Assembly: GCA_963677435.1 (NCBI GenBank)
Contig: OY781945.1
Coordinates: forward strand, 2,880,001 to 2,944,000
Source: an uncultured Aliarcobacter sp.
Lineage (GTDB): Bacteria; Campylobacterota; Campylobacteria; Campylobacterales; Arcobacteraceae
Reading direction: 5' to 3'
DNA length: 64,000 nucleotides
The notes beneath the pieces were generated by a model. The model was not told where the DNA came from. It worked only from the letters and a program-made list of their open reading frames with translations, and searched no databases. This document shows positions 1 through 8,946 of the stretch, piece by piece. Within the stretch, counting starts at the first letter, position 1, and each line of letters starts with the position of its first letter. The position numbers were made by a program, and so were the translations under genes.

Positions 1-452
1 ATAACTGGAATTTCAAAGGCTTTATTTAAAACTATCTCATTATAAATAGTTCCACCGCCATCCCAATGTTCAAGCATTTTAAATAAAGGGAAAGAGGTAT
101 TTAGTTCCTCATGAACCTCTTTTGTACAATAAACAGGATGTGGACATCCCTCTCTTAACATCAAAAGTCCAGTTGTATGGTCAATTTGAGCATCAATAAA
201 AATTATTGCTTTTATTTTTGTCTCTCGTCTTTGTTGTGGATGCAAAAATGGCGAGTTGTGAATTTGTTCTAAAATATCTGGTGATGTGTTAAACAAAACC
301 CAATTTTGACCATCTTCACTAATTGTTATAGAACTTTGGGTTCTTCTTTTAATTGTAGTTTTACCTTCTCTATAACCTTTACAATTATGGCAATTACAAT
401 TAAATTGAGGAAGTCCCCCTCCTGCACTTGAACCTAAAACTTCTATTCTCAT
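1..452 (-). CDS. pqqB: PQQ biosynthesis protein PqqB (5' part; runs off the window edge; absent from the ORF track)
   Basis: Manual translation from ATG at 452 gives MRIEVLGSSAGGGLPQFNCNCHNC...RTQSSITIS...WVLFNTSPDI...DAQIDHTTGLLMLREG, the PqqB signature motifs; lies downstream of pqqA. Confidence 0.95.
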   Translation of the reverse strand, partial: MRIEVLGSSAGGGLPQFNCNCHNCKGYREGKTTIKRRTQSSITISEDGQNWVLFNTSPDILEQIHNSPFLHPQQRRETKIKAIIFIDAQIDHTTGLLMLREGCPHPVYCTKEVHEELNTSFPLFKMLEHWDGGGTIYNEIVLNKAFEIPV

Positions 453-465
453 AAACTATCCTTCA

Positions 466-507
466 TTTTTCTAAGTGAATCTATTAAAATAGACTCAATT
501 AGAAAAA
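466..507. repeat. Imperfect 20-bp inverted repeat between pqqA and pqqB
   Basis: tttttctaagtgaatctatt (466-485) / aatagactcaattagaaaaa (488-507), 2 mismatches. Confidence 0.6.
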
Positions 508-538
508 AAGTAAATCAAAGGTTTCCCTTTGATTTACT
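502..538 (-). terminator. Intrinsic terminator or attenuator after pqqA
   Basis: Perfect 13-bp stem agtaaatcaaagg/cctttgatttact; on the minus strand it has a GAAA tetraloop and a following U-tract. Confidence 0.75.
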
Positions 539-570
539 AAACTAACTAAACTAATTTTGACTAAGACCTA

Positions 571-645
571 TTATTCATGACAAATGTACATTGTCACTTC
601 AAATCCAAATCTATTATCTACGAACATCGGTTTTTCCCATTTCAT
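571..645 (-). CDS. pqqA: PQQ precursor peptide PqqA, 24 aa (MKWEKPMFVDNRFGFEVTMYICHE); absent from the ORF track
   Basis: W-x-K-P...GFEVTMY contains the Glu-x3-Tyr core; AAGGAGG RBS at 654-660; lies between the dehydrogenase and pqqB. Confidence 0.97.
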   Translation of the reverse strand: MKWEKPMFVDNRFGFEVTMYICHE

Positions 646-669
646 AATATTGTCCTCCTTTCAAAAGAT

Positions 670-2454
670 TTATTTTGTATTTTTGTGTAATTTAAACACG
701 TGAACTGTTCCACCTTGGTTGATGTTTTTAATAAGTTTTGCAACTTCCCCACCCCATAAAGGTACAGCTCCACCCCAACCAGAAACGATTGCGATATATT
801 GTTCACCATCTTGTTCCCATGTAACTGGAGAACCAACGATTCCTGAACCAACTTGGAATTTATATAAAATTTTACCAGTTTCATCATCAAATGCTAAGAA
901 TTTACCTTCAGGAGTTCCTGTAAATACAAGTCCACCAGCAGTTGCTAAAACTCCACCCCATAATGGTGCAGGATTTTTATATTCCCATTTAATTTTTCCA
1001 GTTAATGGCTCAATAGCTTTTAAAGAACCAATGTGGTCTTCAAAAATTGGTTTAATAGTAAACCCAGCACCTAAATATGCAGCACCTTTTTTATAAGAAA
1101 TTGGTTGATTCCAAATATCCATTCCCCACTCATTAGATGGTACATAGAAATTTTTAGTTTTTTGTGAATAAGCCATTGGCATCCAGTTTTTAGCTCCTAA
1201 GAATGCAGGTACAGCAAATACTGATGTTCCTTTACTCTCTGCTCCTGGATCTCCTGGTCTTGCTTCTTCAACATAAATTGGTCTACCATTTTTATCTATA
1301 CCTTTAGCCCATGTAATATTTGATACAAATGGGTTTGCAGTAATGAATTTACCATTTTCTCTATTTAATACATAGAAGAAACCATTTCTATCAGCAGTTG
1401 CAGCTGCTTTTACAGTTTTTCCATCTTTATCTTTATAATCAAATGAAATTACTTCATTTACACCATCAAAATCCCATCCATCATGTGGAGTTGATTGGAA
1501 GCTCCAAACAATTTTTCCAGTATCAGGATTAATTGCTAATCTTGAAGAAGAGTATAAGTTATCTCCTGGTCTTAAGTGTGAATTCCATGGAGCTGGATTT
1601 CCTGTACCCATATAAATTAAGTTTGTTTCAGGATCATAAGTTCCACCAAGCCATGTTGATGCTCCACCATTTTTCCATGTGTCACCAGGCCAAGTTTTAC
1701 CAGCTTCACCACCAGTGATTCCATTTTCTTTTCCATTTAAGTAACCCATATGACCTTCAACTGTAGGTCTTGACCAAATTACTTCACCAGTTTTTGGATC
1801 TCTAGCTTCTACTTTTCCAACAATACCAAACTCACCACCAGCAACACCTGTGATAATTTTGTCATTAACAATTTGAGGAGCAGCAGTTATTGAATAACCA
1901 TCTTTATAATCTGCAACTTTTTGTTTCCAAACTACTTTTCCTGTTTTTCTATCAAGTGCAACTAATTTAGCATCTAATGTTCCAAAGATTACTAAATTAT
2001 CATAAATTGCAACACCTCTATTAATAACATCACAACATGGCATAATTGCATCTGGTAATTTTGAATCATATTCCCATAACTCTTCACCAGTTGCTATATC
2101 AATAGCAAAAACTCTTGAATAAGATGCAGTTACATACATAACACCATCTTTGATAATTGGTTGAGACTCTTGTCCTCTTTGTTTTTCACCACCAAATGAG
2201 AAATTCCATACAGGAACTAAATCTTTGATTGTCTTTTTATTAATTTGATCTAAAGGTGAAAACCTTTGTCCTTTTTGACCCATTCCATAAGTTAAAACAT
2301 CGTTTGGTGTTTTTTCATCATTTACGATATCAGTATATGTAACTGGACTAAATGATGGCCCTGTAACTTTTTTTGTGTCACTATTAGCTTGGGCGCTAAT
2401 TAATGTACAAAGTGTAACAGCCGCAGCACTAATTAGTAGCTTCTTTTTTATCAT
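670..2454 (-). CDS. pedH: PQQ-dependent alcohol dehydrogenase, PedH/ExaF type (predicted lanthanide-dependent)
   Basis: Sec signal peptide, vicinal disulfide [15 protein letters not shown], active-site [13 protein letters not shown] with D-x-D, C-terminal [15 protein letters not shown]. Confidence 0.92.
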   Translation of the reverse strand: MIKKKLLISAAAVTLCTLISAQANSDTKKVTGPSFSPVTYTDIVNDEKTPNDVLTYGMGQKGQRFSPLDQINKKTIKDLVPVWNFSFGGEKQRGQESQPIIKDGVMYVTASYSRVFAIDIATGEELWEYDSKLPDAIMPCCDVINRGVAIYDNLVIFGTLDAKLVALDRKTGKVVWKQKVADYKDGYSITAAPQIVNDKIITGVAGGEFGIVGKVEARDPKTGEVIWSRPTVEGHMGYLNGKENGITGGEAGKTWPGDTWKNGGASTWLGGTYDPETNLIYMGTGNPAPWNSHLRPGDNLYSSSRLAINPDTGKIVWSFQSTPHDGWDFDGVNEVISFDYKDKDGKTVKAAATADRNGFFYVLNRENGKFITANPFVSNITWAKGIDKNGRPIYVEEARPGDPGAESKGTSVFAVPAFLGAKNWMPMAYSQKTKNFYVPSNEWGMDIWNQPISYKKGAAYLGAGFTIKPIFEDHIGSLKAIEPLTGKIKWEYKNPAPLWGGVLATAGGLVFTGTPEGKFLAFDDETGKILYKFQVGSGIVGSPVTWEQDGEQYIAIVSGWGGAVPLWGGEVAKLIKNINQGGTVHVFKLHKNTK

Positions 2455-2504
2455 TTTCTCTCCTTAATTTTTGTCCTAACAAACTAAAAATTTGTCTTAT
2501 TGAA

Positions 2505-2536
2505 AGTATACATAACAAATATAGCCTAAGTTTAGC
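2505..2536 (-). promoter_or_regulatory. pedH promoter with tandem GCTA boxes
   Basis: Minus strand reads GCTA AACTTAG GCTA TATTTGTTATG TATACT. Confidence 0.7.
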
Positions 2537-3314
2537 TATTGTTTATTTTCTTAGATTTAAAACCTACAAAGGCCATTATTAGGCTAATTACAAATGAAAT
2601 TGCTAAAATAAAAAACAATTCAAAGTCAAATTTTCCATAAAGTGAAAAACGAATTGATTCAACTATATATGTAAATGGATTCCAAGATGAAATATTAAAT
2701 AACAAAATAGACGAATCTTTTATTTTCCATAGTGGATAAAGAGCCGAACTTAAAAAAAACATAGGGAAAATTACAAAGTTCATAACCGTTGCAAAGTTTT
2801 CTAATTGTTTAATTACAGATGATATAAAAAGGGCAAAAGCATTTAATATTATTGATGAAATCATAATAACTGGTATTGTTAAAAGTATTCCAGAATATTC
2901 AAGTTCAACTCCATAAATTTTTGCAATAATTAAAAAAGTAAGCCCTTGAATAGTTGATACTATTGCTGTTGCAAACATTTTACAAAATAGTAAATAATTT
3001 CTATTTATATATGAAGTTAAAAGTATTTTCATACTTCCCATTTCACGATCAAATATCATTGTTAGTGAGCTTTGCATTCCATTAAAAAGTAAAACCATTC
3101 CCACAAGTCCTGGAACTATGTAAGTTTCATAAGTAATATAAGTCTCATAAGGTGGAATAATTGCTAATCCTAAAGCTGATTTAAATCCAACAGAAAAAAT
3201 AAACAACCATAAAAGTGGTCTTACAAGTGCAGAAAAAAATCTACTTTTTTGTTTTACAAATCGGATTAGTTCTTTGTAAACTATTCCTTTCATACAATAT
3301 ATATATTTTTTCAT
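2532..3314 (-). CDS. pedC: ABC-2 type permease of the PQQ-ADH-associated transporter (PedC-like)
   Basis: RFFSALVRPLLWLFIF, YETYIVPGL, FDREMGSMKILL, QLENFATVMNFVIFPMFFLSSALYPLW; gene context. Confidence 0.85.
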   Translation of the reverse strand: MKKYIYCMKGIVYKELIRFVKQKSRFFSALVRPLLWLFIFSVGFKSALGLAIIPPYETYITYETYIVPGLVGMVLLFNGMQSSLTMIFDREMGSMKILLTSYINRNYLLFCKMFATAIVSTIQGLTFLIIAKIYGVELEYSGILLTIPVIMISSIILNAFALFISSVIKQLENFATVMNFVIFPMFFLSSALYPLWKIKDSSILLFNISSWNPFTYIVESIRFSLYGKFDFELFFILAISFVISLIMAFVGFKSKKINNS

Positions 3315-3318
3315 CTTA

Positions 3319-4041
3319 TTACCTAACTAGATGGTTAAATGTATCAACCAAATTTTCTTGTTTATATTTATTTACAATATCTTTTACAATTCCAGACTCA
3401 ACTATTTGCCCTGCTTTTATAACTGTAACATTATCATCTTGTTCAACCTCATCAAAAAGATGAGTTATCCATAATACAGAGATATTTTTTGTATGTACTA
3501 AATCTTTTACATAATTTAAAATATCAAATCTACTTTTTAAATCAAGTCCAACAGTTGGTTCATCCAATAAAAGTAGTTTTGGTTTATTAATCAAAGCTCT
3601 TAAAATTTCAACTCTTCTTCTGTGTCCACCATTTAGTTTTCTCACTTGTGTATCTAAAACAGTTTCTAATTCAAGTTTTTTTATTTCATCTTCTATTGAT
3701 TTAATTGTCTCTTTAAAATCTAAACCCTTTAGAGAACCATAATAATAAAGATTTTGTTTAACTGTTAAATCCAAATCCAAAGTTGGTTCTTGAAAAACAA
3801 TTCCTAAATCTTTTAAGGCATTTGAATAATTTTTTATTGAGTAGTCATTTATAAAGATTTCTCCAACAACAAGACTTTGTAATCTTGTAATCAAAGAAAA
3901 AATAGTAGATTTACCAGCACCATTAAGTCCTAATAAAACAGAAAAAGTTCCCTCTTTTATAGAAAAAGAGATGTTATTTAAAACTCTCTTTTTACCATAA
4001 GAATAATCTATATTTTTTAACTCTAATATATTTTTATTCAT
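3319..4041 (-). CDS. pedB: ABC ATP-binding protein of the PQQ-ADH-associated transporter (PedB-like)
   Basis: Walker A GLNGAGKS, variant signature LNGGHRRRVEI, Walker B LLLLDEPT. Confidence 0.85.
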   Translation of the reverse strand: MNKNILELKNIDYSYGKKRVLNNISFSIKEGTFSVLLGLNGAGKSTIFSLITRLQSLVVGEIFINDYSIKNYSNALKDLGIVFQEPTLDLDLTVKQNLYYYGSLKGLDFKETIKSIEDEIKKLELETVLDTQVRKLNGGHRRRVEILRALINKPKLLLLDEPTVGLDLKSRFDILNYVKDLVHTKNISVLWITHLFDEVEQDDNVTVIKAGQIVESGIVKDIVNKYKQENLVDTFNHLVR

Positions 4042-4042
4042 C

Positions 4043-5002
4043 TTAATTACTTGGAATTACAGCCAAGCCCCAAGGATAACGACCTACTTGTATCGTTTTT
4101 TCAACTTTTAAATCAGGTACATCTATAATTGAAACATCTCCACTAACACCATTTGTTGTGTAAAGTTTTGATTCATTATTTACAAATGCCATATGCCATA
4201 CTCTTTTTCCAACTAATAGATATTTGATAACTTTATATGTTTTTGTATCAATTACAGCCACATGATTTGCTGGACCCAAAGCTACAAAGGCATATTTACC
4301 ATCAGATGTTAGTTTGATTCCAACTGGTTGAATTAAATCTTTAAATACACCTGGAATTTCAAAAGAGATTTTTGAAACCATTTTTTTTGTATTTGAATCA
4401 ACAACCATAACAGTTCCACCTATTTCAGATGATGCCCAAACCATATCACCAGTTTTAGAAAACTCAATATGTCTTGGTCTTTGATCAACTAATGTAGTGT
4501 TAATGATTTTTTTTGTTTTTGTGTCAATCCATTGTAAAAAGTTTGAAGTTTCCGTTGTATTTATAGCAACTGTTCCATCTGGACTCACTGCCATTCCCTC
4601 AGGTTCAACTCCCACTTCTATTTGCGCGATTACAGATTTACTTTCAGTATCAACAACAGTTACAATTGCATCATCTTCATTTGAAATATATAACTCTTTC
4701 CCATCAGGAGTCAAAGCAAATTGTTCTGGATCTTCACCTGAAGGAAGATTATATAAAATCTTTTTTGATTTTAAATCTAATACTTGAACAGTATCATCAT
4801 CACTTGCACAAATATATAGTTGTGACATATCTTTATTTAATAAAATTCCCCTTGGTCTTTGACCAACTTTTATAGTATCAGTTACTTTATTTGTAAGTGA
4901 GTCAATTACAGAAATTGTATTGTCTTTTTCATTTGAAACATAAATAGTATCTGCTAAAAGTGAGCTTGTTAAAATTGCTACTGTTAAAATTTTTTTCTTC
5001 AT
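4043..5002 (-). CDS. Periplasmic YVTN beta-propeller protein, PQQ catabolism-associated (PedA1-like)
   Basis: Signal peptide; repeats YVSNEKDNTISVID, VGQRPRGI, SGEDPEQF, VGVEPEGMAVSPDG, VGRYPWG. Confidence 0.85.
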   Translation of the reverse strand: MKKKILTVAILTSSLLADTIYVSNEKDNTISVIDSLTNKVTDTIKVGQRPRGILLNKDMSQLYICASDDDTVQVLDLKSKKILYNLPSGEDPEQFALTPDGKELYISNEDDAIVTVVDTESKSVIAQIEVGVEPEGMAVSPDGTVAINTTETSNFLQWIDTKTKKIINTTLVDQRPRHIEFSKTGDMVWASSEIGGTVMVVDSNTKKMVSKISFEIPGVFKDLIQPVGIKLTSDGKYAFVALGPANHVAVIDTKTYKVIKYLLVGKRVWHMAFVNNESKLYTTNGVSGDVSIIDVPDLKVEKTIQVGRYPWGLAVIPSN

Positions 5003-5028
5003 ATATAACTCCCCATTTGATTTAGTAA

Positions 5029-5102
5029 ATTCTATACTATGTTTATAGCTTTAGTTTAGCAATGCACTTTGCTAAACTAAAGCTATAAAGATTTAATATA
5101 AT
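5029..5102. promoter_or_regulatory. Divergent pedA1/pedA2 promoters; a perfect 21-bp inverted repeat made of two back-to-back GCTA-N7-GCTA units
   Basis: tttatagctttagtttagcaa-N6-ttgctaaactaaagctataaa (5042-5089); -10 hexamers TAGAAT (minus, 5029-5034) and TATAAT (plus, 5097-5102), each 11 nt from the proximal box. Confidence 0.75.
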
Positions 5103-5128
5103 CTGTATAAATTAAAAAAGGGGCAAAA

Positions 5129-6277
5129 ATGAAAATATTATTATCTCTACTATTTTTATTGTGTATTATAAAAGCTGATGTTTTAAATGTTAAAATTTTA
5201 TATCTAGAACAAAAAATAGAAAAACCTCCTGTTTTATCAAATGTGATTGAAGAACCAGATGATTTAGGATTAAAAGGTGCAGAAATTGCGATAATTGATA
5301 GCAATAAAAGTGCAAAATTTTTAAATCAAAACTTCATCCTTGAAAGCAAAGTTTCTTATGATGAAAATGAATTAATCTCTACTTTTGAAGAGTTTATAAA
5401 AAACAAAAACTCTTATGTAATTTTAAATGTTGAAGATTCACTTTTACAAAAACTTGAAAAAAATCCCCTTTCAAAAGATGCCTTACTTATAAATGCAAGT
5501 AGTCAAAACACAAACTTGCGAAAAACTATTTGTGATAAAAACTTACTTCATACGAGTGCTAGTAATGCAATGCTTTATGATGGTTTAGTTCAATTTTTAA
5601 TAAAAAGAAATTTTAAAAATATTTTTTTACTTAGTGGAACAAATCCAAAAGATTTGTTAATCAAAGAAGATATAAAAAGAGCAGTTAAAAAATTTGGGGC
5701 AAAAATAGTTGCTGAAAAATCGTGGGATAATAATAGTGATATTAGAAGAAAAGCCTCTGATGAGTTTCCAGTATTTACCCAAGCAAAAGATTATGATGTT
5801 ATTTTAATAGCTGATTATTATGGAGATTTTGGTGAGTTTGTATATTTTAACTCGTGGCTTCCAAGACCAGTTGCAGGAACTCAAGGACTTACTCCTGTTT
5901 TATGGCACAAAGTGATTGAACAATGGGGCGCTGCTCAAATGCAAAAAAGATTTGAAAAATATGCTTCAAGATGGATGGAATCAAGGGATTATTCAAATTG
6001 GTTAGCAGTTAGAACAATAATCACAGCTATTTCAAAAACAAACACTGCTGATTTAAAAACAAATCTTGATTTTATCTATTCAGATGCTTTTGATGTGGCA
6101 GCATATATGGGAAGAAAACTATCATTTAGAGAATATAATGGGCAAATTAGAATTCCCATTTCACTGGTTCAACCAAGAGCTTTGGTTTCAACTTCTCCAC
6201 AAGTTGGTTTTTTAGATCCAGTTACTGATTTGGATACTTTAGGAATCGCTTCTTTTGAGATGGAATGTAAAAAATGA
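5129..6277 (+). CDS. Periplasmic ABC substrate-binding protein of the PQQ-ADH system (PedA2-like)
   Basis: Signal peptide; WLPRPVAGTQGL, EQWGAAQMQKRF, GRKLSFREYNGQIRIPI, SPQVGFL..LDTLG; divergent from pedA1BC. Confidence 0.8.
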   Translation: MKILLSLLFLLCIIKADVLNVKILYLEQKIEKPPVLSNVIEEPDDLGLKGAEIAIIDSNKSAKFLNQNFILESKVSYDENELISTFEEFIKNKNSYVILNVEDSLLQKLEKNPLSKDALLINASSQNTNLRKTICDKNLLHTSASNAMLYDGLVQFLIKRNFKNIFLLSGTNPKDLLIKEDIKRAVKKFGAKIVAEKSWDNNSDIRRKASDEFPVFTQAKDYDVILIADYYGDFGEFVYFNSWLPRPVAGTQGLTPVLWHKVIEQWGAAQMQKRFEKYASRWMESRDYSNWLAVRTIITAISKTNTADLKTNLDFIYSDAFDVAAYMGRKLSFREYNGQIRIPISLVQPRALVSTSPQVGFLDPVTDLDTLGIASFEMECKK

Positions 6278-6735
6278 GTAAAATTCTTTTACTCTTTTTT
6301 ACCTTATTCTGCTTTTTAAAAGCAGATTATGAAGTAATTAATAATGAAAATCTATTTGTCGTAAAAGTTGATAAGGCAAATTTTGATGAGTTATTATTAA
6401 GACTAAAAGATGAAATAAACTTTGAGGGTTTTACAACTGTTTATGAACTTAATCTAGCAAAAGCCACAAATGAAGTGGCCATTCTTCTTGAGAAAAAAGG
6501 GGTTTTAGAAAAAGGAATAAATCTAGGTATTTGTAAAAGTAGCTTCACTTTGCAAATGGTAGAAGAAAATTTCAATAATATCAACTACTGCCCACTTGGA
6601 ATATCAGTTTATAAAAATAGTGATAATTCAATCTATCTTTCTGCTAAAAAATATAAAGCTTTTAAAGATGGCGATAAAATCGCTGATAAAATAAATGAGG
6701 TTTTGAAGGGTTTGATTCTTAAAAGTTTAGATTGA
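6274..6735 (+). CDS. Exported DUF302-like protein
   Basis: Signal peptide; ICK...NYCPLGISVY pattern resembles DUF302; overlaps the pedA2 stop by 4 nt. Confidence 0.55.
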   Translation: MSKILLLFFTLFCFLKADYEVINNENLFVVKVDKANFDELLLRLKDEINFEGFTTVYELNLAKATNEVAILLEKKGVLEKGINLGICKSSFTLQMVEENFNNINYCPLGISVYKNSDNSIYLSAKKYKAFKDGDKIADKINEVLKGLILKSLD

Positions 6736-6749
6736 TTTTTTTGAAAATC

Positions 6750-7601
6750 CTATCTTAGATACTCTAATATTTTTAGATTTTTAATATCAAACTTTGAAAA
6801 AGCAAACCATTTTTTACCCAAATCTTTCAAACTAGCTCCTATGTGAAAAACTTCATTTTTATCCATTATCAGAAATCTATCGTGAGAGTTTTTAAACTCA
6901 TAAAGCTCTATATTTTCATATTGTTTTTGGTATTTTTCAAAATCTAATTTGACTTGTTTAGTAATATTTTGAGTGTAAATTTTGGTTTTTATATTTGGAT
7001 ATTTTGAAAAGAGTGTAAATACTGTTTCATCTATGTAATTATCAATTAGGATTATTTCATTTGTTGCATTTTTCAGTAAATCATTCACAAAAACATAAGC
7101 ATCAAAAATCTCTCCATTATAAAATATCCCTTGTTTTGGTTTTAGAGTTTTGTCTTCAAGTGAGTTTGAGATATTTTCTACTTTTGATTTTAGGATTATT
7201 ACTTCTTTTTCTAAAGATAAAAACCTATCATTTGTTATTTTTTCACCATTTATTACATAAGCATTTTGAATATAGTTTTTTAGTATTAATGTTGCCCATT
7301 GTCTAAATCTTATAGCTTTTGATGAATTTGTTCTATAGCCAACAGCTAAAACAATATCTAAACTATAAAAACTTACAGGTTTGTCAGAATTTGCAATATG
7401 CATTTTTTGCATATTGCTTTTTCCATCCACTTCCTCATCTTTAAAAATATTATTAATATGTCTGCTAATAACACTTTGGTCTTTTTCAAAAATATTACAT
7501 ATTTGAGCTTGTGTAAGCCAAATAGTTTCATCATTTACAGATATTTTTAGTTCTAATTCACCATCATTATAAACTACTATATTTGATTTATCTTTTTGCA
7601 T
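6750..7601 (-). CDS. RhuM-family putative DNA-binding protein with a C-terminal HDRF domain
   Basis: ETIWLTQAQI, ISRHINNIF, YSLDIVLAVGYRTNSSKAIRFRQWAT; C-terminal IILIDNY...SHDRFLIMD...HIGASLKDLGKK. Confidence 0.8.
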   Translation of the reverse strand: MQKDKSNIVVYNDGELELKISVNDETIWLTQAQICNIFEKDQSVISRHINNIFKDEEVDGKSNMQKMHIANSDKPVSFYSLDIVLAVGYRTNSSKAIRFRQWATLILKNYIQNAYVINGEKITNDRFLSLEKEVIILKSKVENISNSLEDKTLKPKQGIFYNGEIFDAYVFVNDLLKNATNEIILIDNYIDETVFTLFSKYPNIKTKIYTQNITKQVKLDFEKYQKQYENIELYEFKNSHDRFLIMDKNEVFHIGASLKDLGKKWFAFSKFDIKNLKILEYLR

Positions 7602-7763
7602 TTTTGGCCTTTTGAACTTATATGAAGAATTATATAAATTTTTTTGATTAACAACTAAAAATATTACAATTTGTTATTTTTTTCTTTCTGGATTTTTTTT
7701 AGAAAATTTGCCTAAGAAAAAGTTGAAATAAATTATCTGTCACCCTTATTTCATAGATTTTTT

Positions 7764-7793
7764 CTCGTTCCCAAGCTCTAGCTTGGGAATGCA
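7764..7793. repeat. GC-rich REP-like palindrome
   Basis: ctcgttcccaagct-ct-agcttgggaatgca; 10-bp perfect stem in an AT-rich intergenic region. Confidence 0.55.
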
Positions 7794-7909
7794 TAGGTTT
7801 AAAAGAAAAGGAATTTCAAAATTTGCATTTTTAGGCAATCTTATAGTAATTTTGTTCTACTATAGTAAAAGAAAATTCTTATATACTATTCTTTTAAATG
7901 GAGAAAATT

Positions 7910-8914
7910 ATGAATAATAAAAAAATACCACTATCCGTATTAGATTTAGTTCCAGTTGCACAGGGCTTTTCAATATCACAAGCAATAGAAAATAGTACAA
8001 AACTTGCCCAAGCTGTTGAAGAGTTTGGATTTACTAGATATTGGGTAGCTGAACATCACAATTTTAGTGGAATCGCAAGTGCTGCAACTTCTGTAATATT
8101 AAGTTATATTGGAGCAAAAACTAACAAAATTAGAATTGGTTCAGGTGGAATCATGCTTCCTAATCATGCGCCATTGGTTATTGCTGAACAATTTGGAACT
8201 TTGGAATCTTTATATCCAAATAGAATAGATTTAGGTTTAGGAAGAGCGCCAGGAACTGATAGACAAACAATGTTAGCTCTTAGACGAGATCCAAATAATG
8301 ATGGATCAGATTTTCCTATGATGCTTAAATATTTGCAATACTATTTATCAAATGAAGCCGGAAATAAAGGAATAAAAGCAATACCTGGTTATGGATTGGA
8401 TATTCCAATTTGGTTGCTTGGTTCTAGTACTTTTAGTGCTTCCTTAGCTGCACAAAAAGGCTTGCCTTTTGTTTTTGCCTCACACTTTGCACCTGATTCA
8501 ATGGATGATGCAGTAAAAATATATCATGCAAACTTCAAACCATCTGCACAGCTAAAAGAACCTTATGTAATGATTTGTATAAATGTAATTTGTGCTCAAA
8601 CAAATGAAGAAGCACAATATTTAGCCACAAGTGAACTTCAAAAGTTTCTTTATCTAAATAGAGGTGATGATAAACAACTACAAAAACCTACAAAAGATAT
8701 GAGCAGTTTATGGCAAGAGTGGGAAGAAAAAAGCATAAGACATAAAACAAGAGAATCAATATGGGGAACTCCAGAAGTTGTGAAAGAAAGACTTGAAAGT
8801 TTGATAGCAAGAACTGGTGCAAATGAAATAATGATAAATTGTATGGTACATAATCCAGAGGATAGAATAAAATCTTATGAGCTGATTTCGGAAGTTTGGT
8901 TTGAGAAAAGTTAA
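7910..8914 (+). CDS. LLM-class (luciferase-like) flavin-dependent oxidoreductase
   Basis: LSVLDLVP, RYWVAEHHN, RIGSGGIMLPNHAPLVIAEQFGTL, DLGLGRAPG; start set to the ATG after GGAG. Confidence 0.9.
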   Translation: MNNKKIPLSVLDLVPVAQGFSISQAIENSTKLAQAVEEFGFTRYWVAEHHNFSGIASAATSVILSYIGAKTNKIRIGSGGIMLPNHAPLVIAEQFGTLESLYPNRIDLGLGRAPGTDRQTMLALRRDPNNDGSDFPMMLKYLQYYLSNEAGNKGIKAIPGYGLDIPIWLLGSSTFSASLAAQKGLPFVFASHFAPDSMDDAVKIYHANFKPSAQLKEPYVMICINVICAQTNEEAQYLATSELQKFLYLNRGDDKQLQKPTKDMSSLWQEWEEKSIRHKTRESIWGTPEVVKERLESLIARTGANEIMINCMVHNPEDRIKSYELISEVWFEKS

Positions 8915-8946
8915 AAAAAGACCCAAACATTTTGGGTCTTTTTTTT
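8913..8946. terminator. Bidirectional terminator between the LLM gene and the porin gene
   Basis: aaaaaaagacccaaa-cat-tttgggtcttttttt between convergent genes. Confidence 0.85.

Noticed and set aside
536..570. ACTAA micro-repeats downstream of pqqA
   Set aside because: Short, irregular and low-complexity in AT-rich DNA.
642..1718. Short alternative-frame ORFs 642-890, 719-1096 and 1533-1718
   Set aside because: They overlap the well-supported pedH gene and have no recognisable motifs. The same applies to the other 60-125 aa shadow ORFs overlapping real genes throughout the track.
670..2454. Methanol dehydrogenase (XoxF/MxaF) implying methylotrophy
   Set aside because: Sequence features and partners (PedF, PedABC) match the ethanol-type PedH/ExaA clade, and no C1 assimilation genes are in the window.
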